From: Acidobacteriota bacterium
Lineage (GTDB): Bacteria > Acidobacteriota > Thermoanaerobaculia > Thermoanaerobaculales > Sulfomarinibacteraceae
Length of the DNA stretch: 64,000 bases
Assembly (NCBI GenBank): GCA_024641545.1
Contig: JAHECW010000002.1
Span: 14,164 to 78,163, forward strand
Reading direction: 5' to 3'
The stretch's first letter is position 1. Every line of letters begins with the position of its first letter. The translations under genes were made by a program, and so were the position numbers. The notes beneath the pieces are model-generated. The model searched no databases and was not told the DNA's origin. It worked only from the letters and a program-made list of their open reading frames with translations. Shown piece by piece: positions 32,341 through 45,178 of the stretch.

Positions 32341-32948
32341 TTTCTGAGAGACACGAGTCGGCCCCGATCGAGGCCGACGAGCGGCCAGCTTAACACATGC
32401 CAACCGGCTTCCCCGGCGACCTCGCGCTCGCCATCGACCGTGGTCCAAAGCGCAACCCTGCCGCCATCGACGAGGTGTGACCGCGCCCAGCCGAGGAGGG
32501 CCCGGTGACCGCCCACCGCCCGCGCCGAAACCAGGTCAAAACACGCTTCCGCCGACAACTCCTCATACCGCCGGTCCACCGCCCGGGCGTCGAGTCCGAG
32601 CTCGCGAACGACCATCTTCAGGAAGGCCCAGCGCTTCTTTCTCGGTTCGAGGAGCACGCCGCGCCACCTCGGCCTGGCCACGAGCAGCGGCACTCCCGGC
32701 AGGCCGGCCCCGCTCCCGATATCGATGAGGGTTCCCTCGCCGGCGAGGAGGTGCTCGCCGGCCAATGCGTCGAGGAGATGCCTCTCGACGAGCTCCCGTC
32801 GATCGGAGAACCGAACCAGATTGTGGCGCTCGGACCAGGTTTCGAGGAGTTCCGCATAGCGCACCATGCGTTCGAGGGCGTCCCCCTCCAGGCGTCCGGC
32901 CAGGAGCTCTCGGAATGCAACCGCGCCTGTCATGGTCGTTTGTTCCAT
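32328..32948 (-). CDS. rsmG: 16S rRNA m7G527 methyltransferase RsmG (GidB)
   Basis: SAM motif 'LIDIGSGAGLPG'. An alternative ATG at 32933 gives an ATGA overlap with mnmG. Confidence 0.9.
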   Translation of the reverse strand: MEQTTMTGAVAFRELLAGRLEGDALERMVRYAELLETWSERHNLVRFSDRRELVERHLLDALAGEHLLAGEGTLIDIGSGAGLPGVPLLVARPRWRGVLLEPRKKRWAFLKMVVRELGLDARAVDRRYEELSAEACFDLVSARAVGGHRALLGWARSHLVDGGRVALWTTVDGEREVAGEAGWHVLSWPLVGLDRGRLVSLRKCST

Positions 32949-34801
32949 CGCGCGACGCGCCCGGCCAGAATCGCAATCGCCGCGGGGGTCATTCCCGGCA
33001 GCCCTTCGGCGTCGGCCAGCGTGGCCGGCCGGTGGCGTTCGAGTTGTTCGACGACCTCTCTCGACAGACCCGGGATCAGGGCCGGCTCCAACCCCTTCGG
33101 AATTTCCACTTCGCGCAGCCGCTGAACCCGCTCGATCTCGCGCTGGTGGCGGGCGAGATAGCCGTGGTATCGGAGCGAATGAACCACCGTCCGCCTGTCG
33201 TCATCGCTCATGCCGGCGAGAGCCGGCACCGCCGCCGCCGCCCGATCTGGATCGACATCCTGGCGCCGCAGCAACCCCGCCCAGGTCGTCGGCGCAGTCA
33301 ACTCGACGCCGGTCATCTGCCGAACCTCCGCGCGGGTGGCGGGATCAGGGTTGAGGCGGGCCTCTTCGAGCGCCTCGCGGGCCCGGCTCCGCGCCGTCCA
33401 CCTCGCCTGTTCCACGTGAAACACCGCGGTCCGAACCAGACCGAGCTCAACCCCCGTCGCCATCAACCGCTCGCGCGCGGAATCCACCCCGAGCAACAAC
33501 CGGTGCTCGGCGCGCGAGGTGAACATTCGATACGGTTCCACGTGGTCCCGGGTCACCAGATCGTCGACGAGCACTCCGAAATACGCCTCCTGACGAGTCG
33601 GAACGAAGGGGCGCTCACCGTGGACCGAGAAGACCGCGTTGACCCCGGCCACAAAACCAAGGGCCGCCGCCTCCTCGTAGCCCGATGTTCCGAGGACCTG
33701 TCCGGCGAGGACAAGCCCCGGAACCGCCCGGCAGGCGAGATCCCGACCCACCTGACCGGGCGCCACCATGTCGTACTCCACCGCGTAGCCGTAGCGCAGG
33801 AACTCGGCCCGCTCCAGCCCGGGAATCGCTCGGACCACCGCCTCCTGGACGTCGTGCGGCAGGCTCGTCGAAAGCCCGTTGACATAGATGCTGTCGCTGG
33901 TCAGTCCCTCGGGTTCGAGAAAGATCGTGTGTTCCCGGTGGTGGGGAAAACGAACCACCTTGTCTTCGATGGACGGACAGTACCGCGGGCCGACGCCGGA
34001 GATGGCGCCCGAGAAGAGCGGCGACCGGTCGAGATTATCCTCGATGATGGTCTGAACCCGCTCCGGTGTCCGGGTCACCCAGCACACGACTCTGTTTTGA
34101 ACCTCGCGCGTCCGCCACGAGAACGGCCGCGGCGCCGCATCCCCTTCCTGCACCCCGAGGCGGTCGAAATCCAGGCTCGAGCGCGCGAGCCGGGGCGGGG
34201 TCCCGGTCTTGAACCGACGCAACTCGAGACCGAGACCGGCCAACTCCGCACCGAGGCCGATGCTCGGCCGCTCACCAAACCGCCCACCAGGTCGCCGCTC
34301 CTCGCCGCTGTGCAGCACGCCGCCGAGGAAGGTGCCGGTGGTCAGAATCGTCGTCGTCCCCGATATCCGGTTGCCGTCGCCGAGCCGGACGCCGGTCACT
34401 CCACGATCATCGGACAGCAGTCCGACCACTTCCCCCTCGATGATGGTCAAACCCGCGAGGCCGGCCAGCACCCGCCCCATGATCTCCGAGTACCGCACCT
34501 TGTCGCACTGGGCGCGCGGGCCCCACACCGCCGGTCCGCGCGAGCCGTTGAGAACCTTGAACTGGAGCCCGGCCCGGTCGGCGGCCCATCCCTGGAGCCC
34601 GCCCAGCGCATCGAGCTCAGCCACCAGGTGTCCCTTGCCGATTCCGCCGATGGCGGGGTTGCACGGCATCTGGGCGATGGTGTGCCGGTCCATCGTCACC
34701 ACCGCGACCGTTGCCGCCATTCGGGCGGCCGCCGCAGCGGCCTCGCAACCGGCATGACCCGCCCCCACCACGACGAGGTCAAATTGCGTGTCCACCCTCA
34801 T
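32930..34801 (-). CDS. mnmG: tRNA uridine-5-carboxymethylaminomethyl synthesis enzyme MnmG (GidA)
   Basis: FAD fold 'DLVVVGAGHAGCEAA'. 623 aa. Confidence 0.97.
   Translation of the reverse strand: MRVDTQFDLVVVGAGHAGCEAAAAAARMAATVAVVTMDRHTIAQMPCNPAIGGIGKGHLVAELDALGGLQGWAADRAGLQFKVLNGSRGPAVWGPRAQCDKVRYSEIMGRVLAGLAGLTIIEGEVVGLLSDDRGVTGVRLGDGNRISGTTTILTTGTFLGGVLHSGEERRPGGRFGERPSIGLGAELAGLGLELRRFKTGTPPRLARSSLDFDRLGVQEGDAAPRPFSWRTREVQNRVVCWVTRTPERVQTIIEDNLDRSPLFSGAISGVGPRYCPSIEDKVVRFPHHREHTIFLEPEGLTSDSIYVNGLSTSLPHDVQEAVVRAIPGLERAEFLRYGYAVEYDMVAPGQVGRDLACRAVPGLVLAGQVLGTSGYEEAAALGFVAGVNAVFSVHGERPFVPTRQEAYFGVLVDDLVTRDHVEPYRMFTSRAEHRLLLGVDSARERLMATGVELGLVRTAVFHVEQARWTARSRAREALEEARLNPDPATRAEVRQMTGVELTAPTTWAGLLRRQDVDPDRAAAAVPALAGMSDDDRRTVVHSLRYHGYLARHQREIERVQRLREVEIPKGLEPALIPGLSREVVEQLERHRPATLADAEGLPGMTPAAIAILAGRVARWNKRP
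33409..33424. promoter_or_regulatory. parS: parS centromere site (inside mnmG)
   Basis: TGTTCCACGTGAAACA, an exact consensus match. Confidence 0.9.
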
Positions 34802-36165
34802 TTCCCGATGCAGAACGCATTAAAGATGCGGTCCAGAACATCTTCCGTCGCCACCTCGCCGGTGAGTTCCCGCGCCGCATCGAGCGCTGCGCGGACACCT
34901 TCGGCCGCCACCTCCGGGAGCTCGAAGTCGGCGGCGTTGAGCTCGTTCACCGCCGCTTCCAACGCCAGCCTATGGCGCTCGGCGATGGCCACTTCGCCGC
35001 CGAGATCGGCGACGTCGGCGGACACGAGTTCGACCAGGGTCGCACGAAGCTCGTCGACCCCCGCGCCGGTCGCGCACGACACCGCACGCCACGGCGGCGA
35101 CACGACATCGTCTTCGGCAAGGTCCCACTTCGACCGGATCTTCACCGTCGGCTGGTGCGCTCTGGACACGGGCACCGCGTCGAAGGCTTGACCCGCCGGC
35201 CACAACACGAGCACGGCATCGGCATCGGCGGCCGCGCCCTGTGCGCGGCGAATGCCCTCGCGCTCGACCGGATCGGCCGTCACCCCCAGGCCGGCGGTGT
35301 CCTGCAGGATCACCCGCACCCCGGCGACCTCGAGCTCCGCCTCGACCACGTCCCGGGTCGTCCCCGGGTGCGGAGAGACGATCGCCTTCTCGGCGCCCAC
35401 CAGGAGATTGAAGAGGGTCGACTTCCCCGAGTTCGGCGCCCCGAGAATCACGATCCGCACACCGTCGCGAATCCGTTGTCCCGCCGATGCGGTGGCGAGA
35501 AGCGCGGCAGCCTGCTCGAGGCACCGGTCGCGGTCCTGAAGACCGGCCTCGCGATCGTACGGGATCTCGTGCTGCGCGAAGTCGAGAGCAGCCTCGAGTT
35601 CGGCGAGAAGAGCGGTGAGGTCGTGCTTGAGTCGGGCGAACTCGCGGGAAAGCCTGCCTTCAAGTTGGGCGCGGGCAACCCTGGCCTGCCACGCCGTGTC
35701 GGCACGTGTGAGTTCATTGATCGCCTCGGCCTGGACCAGATCGAGCTTTCCGTTGGCGACCGCGCGTCGGGTGAATTCGCCCGGACCCGCGGGCCGGCCT
35801 CCGGCCGCGATCAGCGCCTCGATGGTGGTTCGGACCACCCAGCTCGAGCCGTGCACCAGGATCTCCAGCATGTCCTCGCCGGTATACGACCGCGGCGCGG
35901 GGTAGGCGAGCGCCACCGCCCGGTCGATCAACCCGCCGTCGTGGTCGAGGAGTCTGACCAGCGCTGCCCGCCAACCACGATCCATGTCGAGCTCGGGACA
36001 GACCACACTGGCGAGTCTTCGAGTCTCACCCCCGCTGACCCTGATCACCGCCAAGCCGCCCCGCCCCGCGGGCGACGACCGGGCAACGATGGTGTCAGCG
36101 CCGCCGGCGAGGGCGGACGACAACCCGCTTGAGGAAGCCTTCTCCATCCGACTCGGTTTCGACAC
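34798..36165 (-). CDS. mnmE: tRNA modification GTPase MnmE (TrmE)
   Basis: G1 'GAPNSGKSTL' and C-terminal 'CIGK'. The true start may be ATG 36147 or TTG 36123. Confidence 0.93.
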   Translation of the reverse strand: MSKPSRMEKASSSGLSSALAGGADTIVARSSPAGRGGLAVIRVSGGETRRLASVVCPELDMDRGWRAALVRLLDHDGGLIDRAVALAYPAPRSYTGEDMLEILVHGSSWVVRTTIEALIAAGGRPAGPGEFTRRAVANGKLDLVQAEAINELTRADTAWQARVARAQLEGRLSREFARLKHDLTALLAELEAALDFAQHEIPYDREAGLQDRDRCLEQAAALLATASAGQRIRDGVRIVILGAPNSGKSTLFNLLVGAEKAIVSPHPGTTRDVVEAELEVAGVRVILQDTAGLGVTADPVEREGIRRAQGAAADADAVLVLWPAGQAFDAVPVSRAHQPTVKIRSKWDLAEDDVVSPPWRAVSCATGAGVDELRATLVELVSADVADLGGEVAIAERHRLALEAAVNELNAADFELPEVAAEGVRAALDAARELTGEVATEDVLDRIFNAFCIGK

Positions 36166-36691
36166 CGGGGTCGTCGGCCAGCGCGAGGTGGATCTCGCGC
36201 CGGGCGGCCGGCGTCATCAGGCCCATCACCACCGGTGATCTTGTGCGGAGCGCCTCATCGGCTGCGTCCTCCGCCTTGTTCTGGAGCTGGTGCGACCGCC
36301 GGTCCTTGAAACCATCGCTGTCGAGGTGGACCGGGAGATGGCGCTCGAGCCGGCGATTGAGGACGCGGTTGCACAGGTACTGAAGCGAATCGAGACCCTT
36401 GCCGCCCGCCGCGGTCAGAATCCCGCAGTCGTTGCCGGAGAGCTCGCCCTCGAGCGCCTCGTCGGTCTCCACCAACCGCGCCGCGACCTCGAGCCCCCCG
36501 GCCTTGAAAGTTTCCGACAGGAAGAGCCCGAGTACCGCCACCGGGTCGAGCTCGGCTTCAACCACCACACCCTCGCCATCCGTGGTGGACACGTCATACC
36601 GAAGCTCGCCGAATCGCGCATTCAATGCCGAGCAGGCTTCGCTCAGCGCCGCGTCGAGGGTCTCACCACGAAACTCACGCGCCTGTTTCAT
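36095..36691 (-). CDS. jag: Jag/KhpB (Jag_N-KH-R3H RNA-binding protein)
   Basis: Lies after yidC. R3H-like C-terminus. ATGA overlap with yidC. Confidence 0.85.
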   Translation of the reverse strand: MKQAREFRGETLDAALSEACSALNARFGELRYDVSTTDGEGVVVEAELDPVAVLGLFLSETFKAGGLEVAARLVETDEALEGELSGNDCGILTAAGGKGLDSLQYLCNRVLNRRLERHLPVHLDSDGFKDRRSHQLQNKAEDAADEALRTRSPVVMGLMTPAARREIHLALADDPGVETESDGEGFLKRVVVRPRRRR

Positions 36692-38337
36692 TTCGCCTTC
36701 CTCCCGCCCCTCCCACCGAAGTACTTCCTTTCACCGATGATGAAAAGGGTGGTTTCCTGCTGCAGGATCGAAATCACGTTGTTGGTCAACCAGTACAGCA
36801 CGAGTCCCGAGGGAAACTGCAGGAACATGATGCCGAAGACCAGCGGCAACATCCGCATGATCCGCTGCTGCTGCGGGTCGCCCGCCTGGGGCGCCAGCTT
36901 CTGCTGCAACCACATGGTCGCGGTCATGAGGATCGGCGTCACGTAGAGTGGGTCCTTGGCCGACAGATCGGTGATCCAGAACATGAACGGTTCATGCCGA
37001 AGCTCGATGGCATGCAGGAAGAGCTGATAGAGGGCCCAGAGGATCGGCAGCTGGACCAGCACCGGGAGGCACCCGGCCATGGGATTCACCCCCTCTTCCT
37101 TATAGAGGGCCATGGTCTCCTGACTCATCTTGGCGCGCGCCTGGGGGTCGGACTTCTTCTTCTTGTACCTGCTCTGGATTTCTTTGACCCGCGGCTGGAC
37201 CTTTGCCATCTTGCGCATGGAGACGGTTGAGGTGTGCATCAACGGGAAGAGCACGATCCGAATGCCGACCGTCAACAAGATGATGGCGATGCCGTAGTTT
37301 CCGACAACCCCGTAGATCCACCACAGCGCCTTGAGGAAGAAGACCGAAATAAACCCGAAGATCCCGAAGTCGATGGCCTTCTCCACGCCACCGCCGAGGG
37401 ACTGGAGGAGGGTGTACTCCTTCGGCGCGCCGAGCAACTCGCCTTCGAAGACCCCGCCCGCCGGAACCACGACGACCCGCAAGGCGTGGTTGAGCTTCGG
37501 TTCTTCGCTCCGATCAACCTGCTCGGTGAATTCGAGGCGGTCGATTCGAATCTCGTCGACCCGGGTGGTCGGGCGCAGGAGATTGATGAAATAGGCGTCT
37601 TCGAGGCCGGCGAACGCCAGCACGCCGGGTCTCAGATCAACCGGGGCTTTGACCTTGGCCTTCTTGTACTTCTCGATCTCTCCGTCGGCCAGGACGATGC
37701 CGTCGCCCCATACTGCGAGCCGGCTGTTGCGCTCCCGTTCACCGAGGTTTCTCAACCCGGTCCCGGCGCAGATCGGTGCGTTTGCCAGGGTCCCGGTGCC
37801 CCGGATCGAGACCTCGAGCCCGTAGCCCGGGCCCAACTCGATGGCCTTGCGCACCGAGGATCCGCCGCCGTCGGACCAGGTCATGATGATCTGGTCGCCC
37901 GAACGCTCCACCCGATACAACCGGTCGTCCGGCCCCGCCGGGGTGACGAGCTGCAGCGGCAATGCGCGCTCGTCGTTGGCCACCGACTGGATGAGCTCGA
38001 GGACCGCGCCCTCGTCGTCGTCGTATCGGAGCAGCCGCATCGCGGTCACGGCCGCACCGCGGTTGCTCAGCTCGACCTCCATGACCTCGTTGCCGAGCCG
38101 GATGGTCTCCTCGGTCTCGCCGACGATGGCTTCGGGGGCGCCTTCTTCCCCGGTCTCTTCGGACACCGCGGCCGAAACGGGTTCCGCAACCGGGCTCTCC
38201 ACCGCGCTCGTCGCCTCTCGTCCGGGGGTGTCTGCCGCGGGCCGGGAAACGGGGGGCTGCGGGGGCGGAAAGATTACCGACCAGCCGGCAAAGATCAGCG
38301 CCGACAGCACGAACGCCAGCAGTAGTCGTTTCTCCAT
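36688..38337 (-). CDS. yidC: Membrane protein insertase YidC
   Basis: Large periplasmic P1 domain plus conserved C-terminal TMs with 'LVLYWLTNNVISILQQ'. Confidence 0.93.
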   Translation of the reverse strand: MEKRLLLAFVLSALIFAGWSVIFPPPQPPVSRPAADTPGREATSAVESPVAEPVSAAVSEETGEEGAPEAIVGETEETIRLGNEVMEVELSNRGAAVTAMRLLRYDDDEGAVLELIQSVANDERALPLQLVTPAGPDDRLYRVERSGDQIIMTWSDGGGSSVRKAIELGPGYGLEVSIRGTGTLANAPICAGTGLRNLGERERNSRLAVWGDGIVLADGEIEKYKKAKVKAPVDLRPGVLAFAGLEDAYFINLLRPTTRVDEIRIDRLEFTEQVDRSEEPKLNHALRVVVVPAGGVFEGELLGAPKEYTLLQSLGGGVEKAIDFGIFGFISVFFLKALWWIYGVVGNYGIAIILLTVGIRIVLFPLMHTSTVSMRKMAKVQPRVKEIQSRYKKKKSDPQARAKMSQETMALYKEEGVNPMAGCLPVLVQLPILWALYQLFLHAIELRHEPFMFWITDLSAKDPLYVTPILMTATMWLQQKLAPQAGDPQQQRIMRMLPLVFGIMFLQFPSGLVLYWLTNNVISILQQETTLFIIGERKYFGGRGGRKAK

Positions 38338-38378
38338 CTCGCTCCATACCTTCCCGGAATCCCGTGCCGGCCGGCGCT

Positions 38379-38753
38379 TCAGCTCCTGTCGGCGTTCATC
38401 CTCTCAGCCAAGCGCTCGAGACAGTCATGGAAATCTCGCTCGAGCATCTGCCAGGGCGCCCGGACACAGCTCCGCCGGGCATTGGCGACAAGATCGAGTC
38501 CCTCGGTCGCGGTTGTCGGCCCTCGAAGCCGATACAGTTCACGCAACCGCCGCTTGGCACGGGCCCTGATGACCGCATTGCCGATCTTCTTCGATGCGGT
38601 GACACCAAACCGGCTCGCTCCCTCGGTCTGTGCTGCAAACAAGACCACGTGCCGCCCTGCAACCCGGATTCCCTGACTGTAGACACGCTGAAATTCCGCG
38701 CGTCGTCGAAGTCTCTCAGCGCGCGGAAACCGTTGGCGCCGGTCAGACGGCAA
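38379..38753 (-). CDS. rnpA: RNase P protein component
   Basis: Contains '[24 protein letters not shown]'. TTG start overlapping the rpmH end. Confidence 0.85.
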   Translation of the reverse strand: MPSDRRQRFPRAERLRRRAEFQRVYSQGIRVAGRHVVLFAAQTEGASRFGVTASKKIGNAVIRARAKRRLRELYRLRGPTTATEGLDLVANARRSCVRAPWQMLERDFHDCLERLAERMNADRS

Positions 38754-38877
38754 TACGTTTGCGGCCCTTGCGCCGGCGGGCGGCGAGCACTTTGCGACCG
38801 TTCTTGGTACGCATCCGCACGCGGAAGCCGTGGGTCTTCTTCCGGCGGCGATTATTGGGTTGAAACGTCCTTTTCAT
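38743..38877 (-). CDS. rpmH: 50S ribosomal protein L34
   Basis: Not in the ORF track because it is under 60 aa. My translation is [44 protein letters not shown]. Confidence 0.92.
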   Translation of the reverse strand: MKRTFQPNNRRRKKTHGFRVRMRTKNGRKVLAARRRKGRKRIAV

Positions 38878-38909
38878 CGTCACATCACTCCAAATTCTGC
38901 GGGCGCGCA

Positions 38910-38938
38910 ACCTTACTCCAGGAGCGCGCGGGTGTCAA
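38910..38938 (-). promoter_or_regulatory. rpmH-rnpA promoter
   Basis: On the minus strand: TTGACA -17 nt- TAAGGT, with GGAG before the ATG. Confidence 0.55.
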
Positions 38939-38985
38939 GACTCCGCCCCGCATCCGGTCGAAGGATTTTGTGCTAGCCTGAATTG

Positions 38986-40278
38986 ATGGACCGCTGGCAG
39001 GAACTTCAACCGCACCTCCAACAGTTGTTGGGCACGGAGGATTATCGGACCTGGATCGAACCGCTCGGGATCAAGAAGGCCACCGACGACTCTCTCGTGT
39101 TGGCCTGTGACAACGCGATCGTCGCCGAGTGGGTTCGCGACCATCTCCTGCGCGACATCGAGACCGTTGCCCGCAGCCGGTTCGGTTCCGGGTTCTCGGT
39201 CGGGATCGATTCGGGTCAGGACCAGGAACGCGCCGCCGATCCCTCGCGACCCTCGATTTCAGGCTACCCGTTCATTTCCGGTTTTGTCTTCGAGCGGTTC
39301 GTCCAGGGCACCTCCAATCAGTTCGCGGCCGCCGCCGCCGAAGCGGTCGCCGACCAACCCGGCGATGCCTACAACCCGCTCTATATCTACGGCGGCTCGG
39401 GTCTTGGAAAAACCCACCTCCTCCACGCCATCGGCAACCGCGTGCTGGCGAAAGACCCGAAGTGCAAGGTCACCTACATGACCACCGAGCAGTTCGTCAA
39501 CGAACTCATCAACTGCATCCGGCGGCAACAGATGGAGGCCTTCCGCCAGACCTTCCGCAGCGTTGATGTGCTCCTCCTCGACGACATCCAGTTCATCGCC
39601 GGCAAAGAGCGAACCCAGGAGGAGTTTTTTCATACCTTCAACACTCTCCAGTCGACAGGGCGACAGGTGGTCTTCACCTCCGATGCCCGACCGGCGGACA
39701 TCCCGGGTCTCGAAGAGCGCCTTCGGTCCCGTTTTCTCCAGGGCCTCATCGCCGATATTCAACCGCCCGATCTCGAAACCCGGTGCGCAATCCTCAGGGA
39801 GAAGGCGCGCGCGATCGGCTGGGAGCTCCCCGAGGACACGGTTCTTTTTATTTCGCGAAAGGTGCAGAAGAACGTTCGCGAACTCGAGGGCTGCCTCAAC
39901 CGAACCATCGCCTACGCCCAGCTCAAGAACGCCAAGATCACCGTCGACGTCGTCCGCATGGCGCTCTTCGAGCTTCTCCCCGATGAGCGCGAGACCACGC
40001 CGTCGGACATCATCCGCTTTGTCGCCCAACACTATGGAATTCGCGTCGCCGATCTCAAGGGCCGCTCCAATCGCCGGTCCATCGCCCTGCCGCGGCAGGT
40101 CGCCATGTACCTCATCCGCGAAATCCTCGACCTGAGTTTTCCCGAGATCGGAAAGATCTTCGCCAAACACCACTCGACCGTGATGTACGCGGTCGACGCG
40201 ATCTCGAAGATGCGTCTCTCCAACCCGGATTTCGACGCGACGCTGACCTCGTTCCGCGAACACTTCAACTCGGTCTGA
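38986..40278 (+). CDS. dnaA: Chromosomal replication initiator DnaA
   Basis: AAA+ 'GGSGLGKTHLL'. Domain IV 'SIALPRQVAMYLIRE' and 'HHSTVMYA'. Confidence 0.97.
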   Translation: MDRWQELQPHLQQLLGTEDYRTWIEPLGIKKATDDSLVLACDNAIVAEWVRDHLLRDIETVARSRFGSGFSVGIDSGQDQERAADPSRPSISGYPFISGFVFERFVQGTSNQFAAAAAEAVADQPGDAYNPLYIYGGSGLGKTHLLHAIGNRVLAKDPKCKVTYMTTEQFVNELINCIRRQQMEAFRQTFRSVDVLLLDDIQFIAGKERTQEEFFHTFNTLQSTGRQVVFTSDARPADIPGLEERLRSRFLQGLIADIQPPDLETRCAILREKARAIGWELPEDTVLFISRKVQKNVRELEGCLNRTIAYAQLKNAKITVDVVRMALFELLPDERETTPSDIIRFVAQHYGIRVADLKGRSNRRSIALPRQVAMYLIREILDLSFPEIGKIFAKHHSTVMYAVDAISKMRLSNPDFDATLTSFREHFNSV

Positions 40279-40515
40279 CAACCACCCGGTTTCGATCTCG
40301 TTTTCCACAGCTTCCGGTGGATGATTTGTGGATTGCTGTGGAATGGTTGTGGATTCCACAGCTTCCCACAATTTGCCCACAGATCGAGCGGTAACTAAGC
40401 CCTTTTTGTTACCTGATTTTGTCTCCGATTTCCGCAGTTTCCACTGTCTCGACGATGATGATCTACTATGCTATATTTCCATCTGCTCGATACTTAGTCT
40501 TCGTCGAAAGGCGCG
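40279..40515. other. oriC: oriC (DnaA-box cluster plus AT-rich DUE)
   Basis: Seven 9-mers within 1-3 mismatches of TTATCCACA at 40301-40381, on both strands, including the overlapping inverted pair TGTGGATTCCACA. Two weaker boxes lie at 40428-40445. An AT-rich stretch at 40455-40500 stands out in otherwise GC-rich DNA. Confidence 0.85.
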
Positions 40516-40518
40516 GTG

Positions 40519-41622
40519 ATGGAACTGAAACTGCAGCGAAATCTTGTGCTTCAGGAGCTTTCTATCCTCCAGGGGGTGGTCGAGCACAGAACCACCATCC
40601 CGATTCTTTCCAGCATCCTCGCTGAAACCGCCGATGCGCGTCTTCGGATGGTCGCGACGGATCTCGACATGACGATCATGACCGATTGCCCCGCCGTCGT
40701 TCACGGCGGAGGCCGAATCACCCTCGAAAGCCGGGTTTTTCAGAACCTGGTTCGAAACCTTCCGGAGGAGGAGTTTTCCCTTCGTCTCGACGGGGACTCG
40801 GTGGAGATCACCAGCGGCCGTTTCAAGTCGCGGATGGCGGTGGCTGATCCGTCGGAGTATCCGACCATTCCGGAGATCCCACCCGACGGGGAGTACTCAC
40901 TGCCCCTCGATCTCTTTCAGTTGATGCTCGATCGCGTCGCCTTCTCCATCACCAAGGACGATCCCAAGTTCCAGCTCAACGGCGCTCTTGTCAAACTCCT
41001 TCCCGGAGAAATCGAAATCGCCGCCACCGATGGTCACCGCCTGGCGGTGGTCCGGGCCAACGCACCCGACGGCCAACCCCCGTTCGAACAGCAGCTTTTC
41101 CCGCGCAAGCTTTTGGCGGAGTTTGCCCGTTTCGGCGACGAGAGCGTTCAGCTCTCCGCGAGCGACAATCACCTCGGCTTCCGCATGGGCGAGCGGACCC
41201 TGGTGTCGCGAATCGTCGAACTGCGGTTTCCCCAGTACGAGCGGGTGATCGTGCGCGATAATCCATCGCGGGCTCGGGTGGATCGCAAGGAGTTCTTGTC
41301 TTCGTTGCGCCGGGTGAGTTTGATGGCGCACGAGAAGGCGCGAGGCGTTCGTTTCCGCTTTGATCCATCGGGCGAACTCTCCCTGGTGTCGATCGGCTAC
41401 GAGCGAGGCAGCGCCGAGGAGACGCTCACCATCAGCTACCAGGGCGACGGCATGGAGATTGCGCTCAACGCCCAGTACGTGATCGATGTCTTGCAGGCCC
41501 TCGAGTGTCCGATGGTCGAACTCCAACTCAAAGACGGAAACACCCAGTGCGTTTTGGTGCCGGTGGATGATGACCCGCGACTCGAAGAGTACATCTACGT
41601 TCTCATGCCCATGAGGTTGTAG
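40519..41622 (+). CDS. dnaN: DNA polymerase III beta sliding clamp
   Basis: Assigned by position after dnaA and a three-domain clamp length (367 aa). Confidence 0.93.
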   Translation: MELKLQRNLVLQELSILQGVVEHRTTIPILSSILAETADARLRMVATDLDMTIMTDCPAVVHGGGRITLESRVFQNLVRNLPEEEFSLRLDGDSVEITSGRFKSRMAVADPSEYPTIPEIPPDGEYSLPLDLFQLMLDRVAFSITKDDPKFQLNGALVKLLPGEIEIAATDGHRLAVVRANAPDGQPPFEQQLFPRKLLAEFARFGDESVQLSASDNHLGFRMGERTLVSRIVELRFPQYERVIVRDNPSRARVDRKEFLSSLRRVSLMAHEKARGVRFRFDPSGELSLVSIGYERGSAEETLTISYQGDGMEIALNAQYVIDVLQALECPMVELQLKDGNTQCVLVPVDDDPRLEEYIYVLMPMRL

Positions 41623-41667
41623 TTGCGACGGGTGCGGTGATTCCATTCGATCCCAAAGTAGGTAACG

Positions 41668-45178
<3,511 letters not shown>

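Noticed and set aside
33534-33549. parS-like GGTTCCACGTGGTCCC inside mnmG
   Set aside because: Only the left half matches. There are five mismatches to the 16-mer consensus, so it is probably coincidental.
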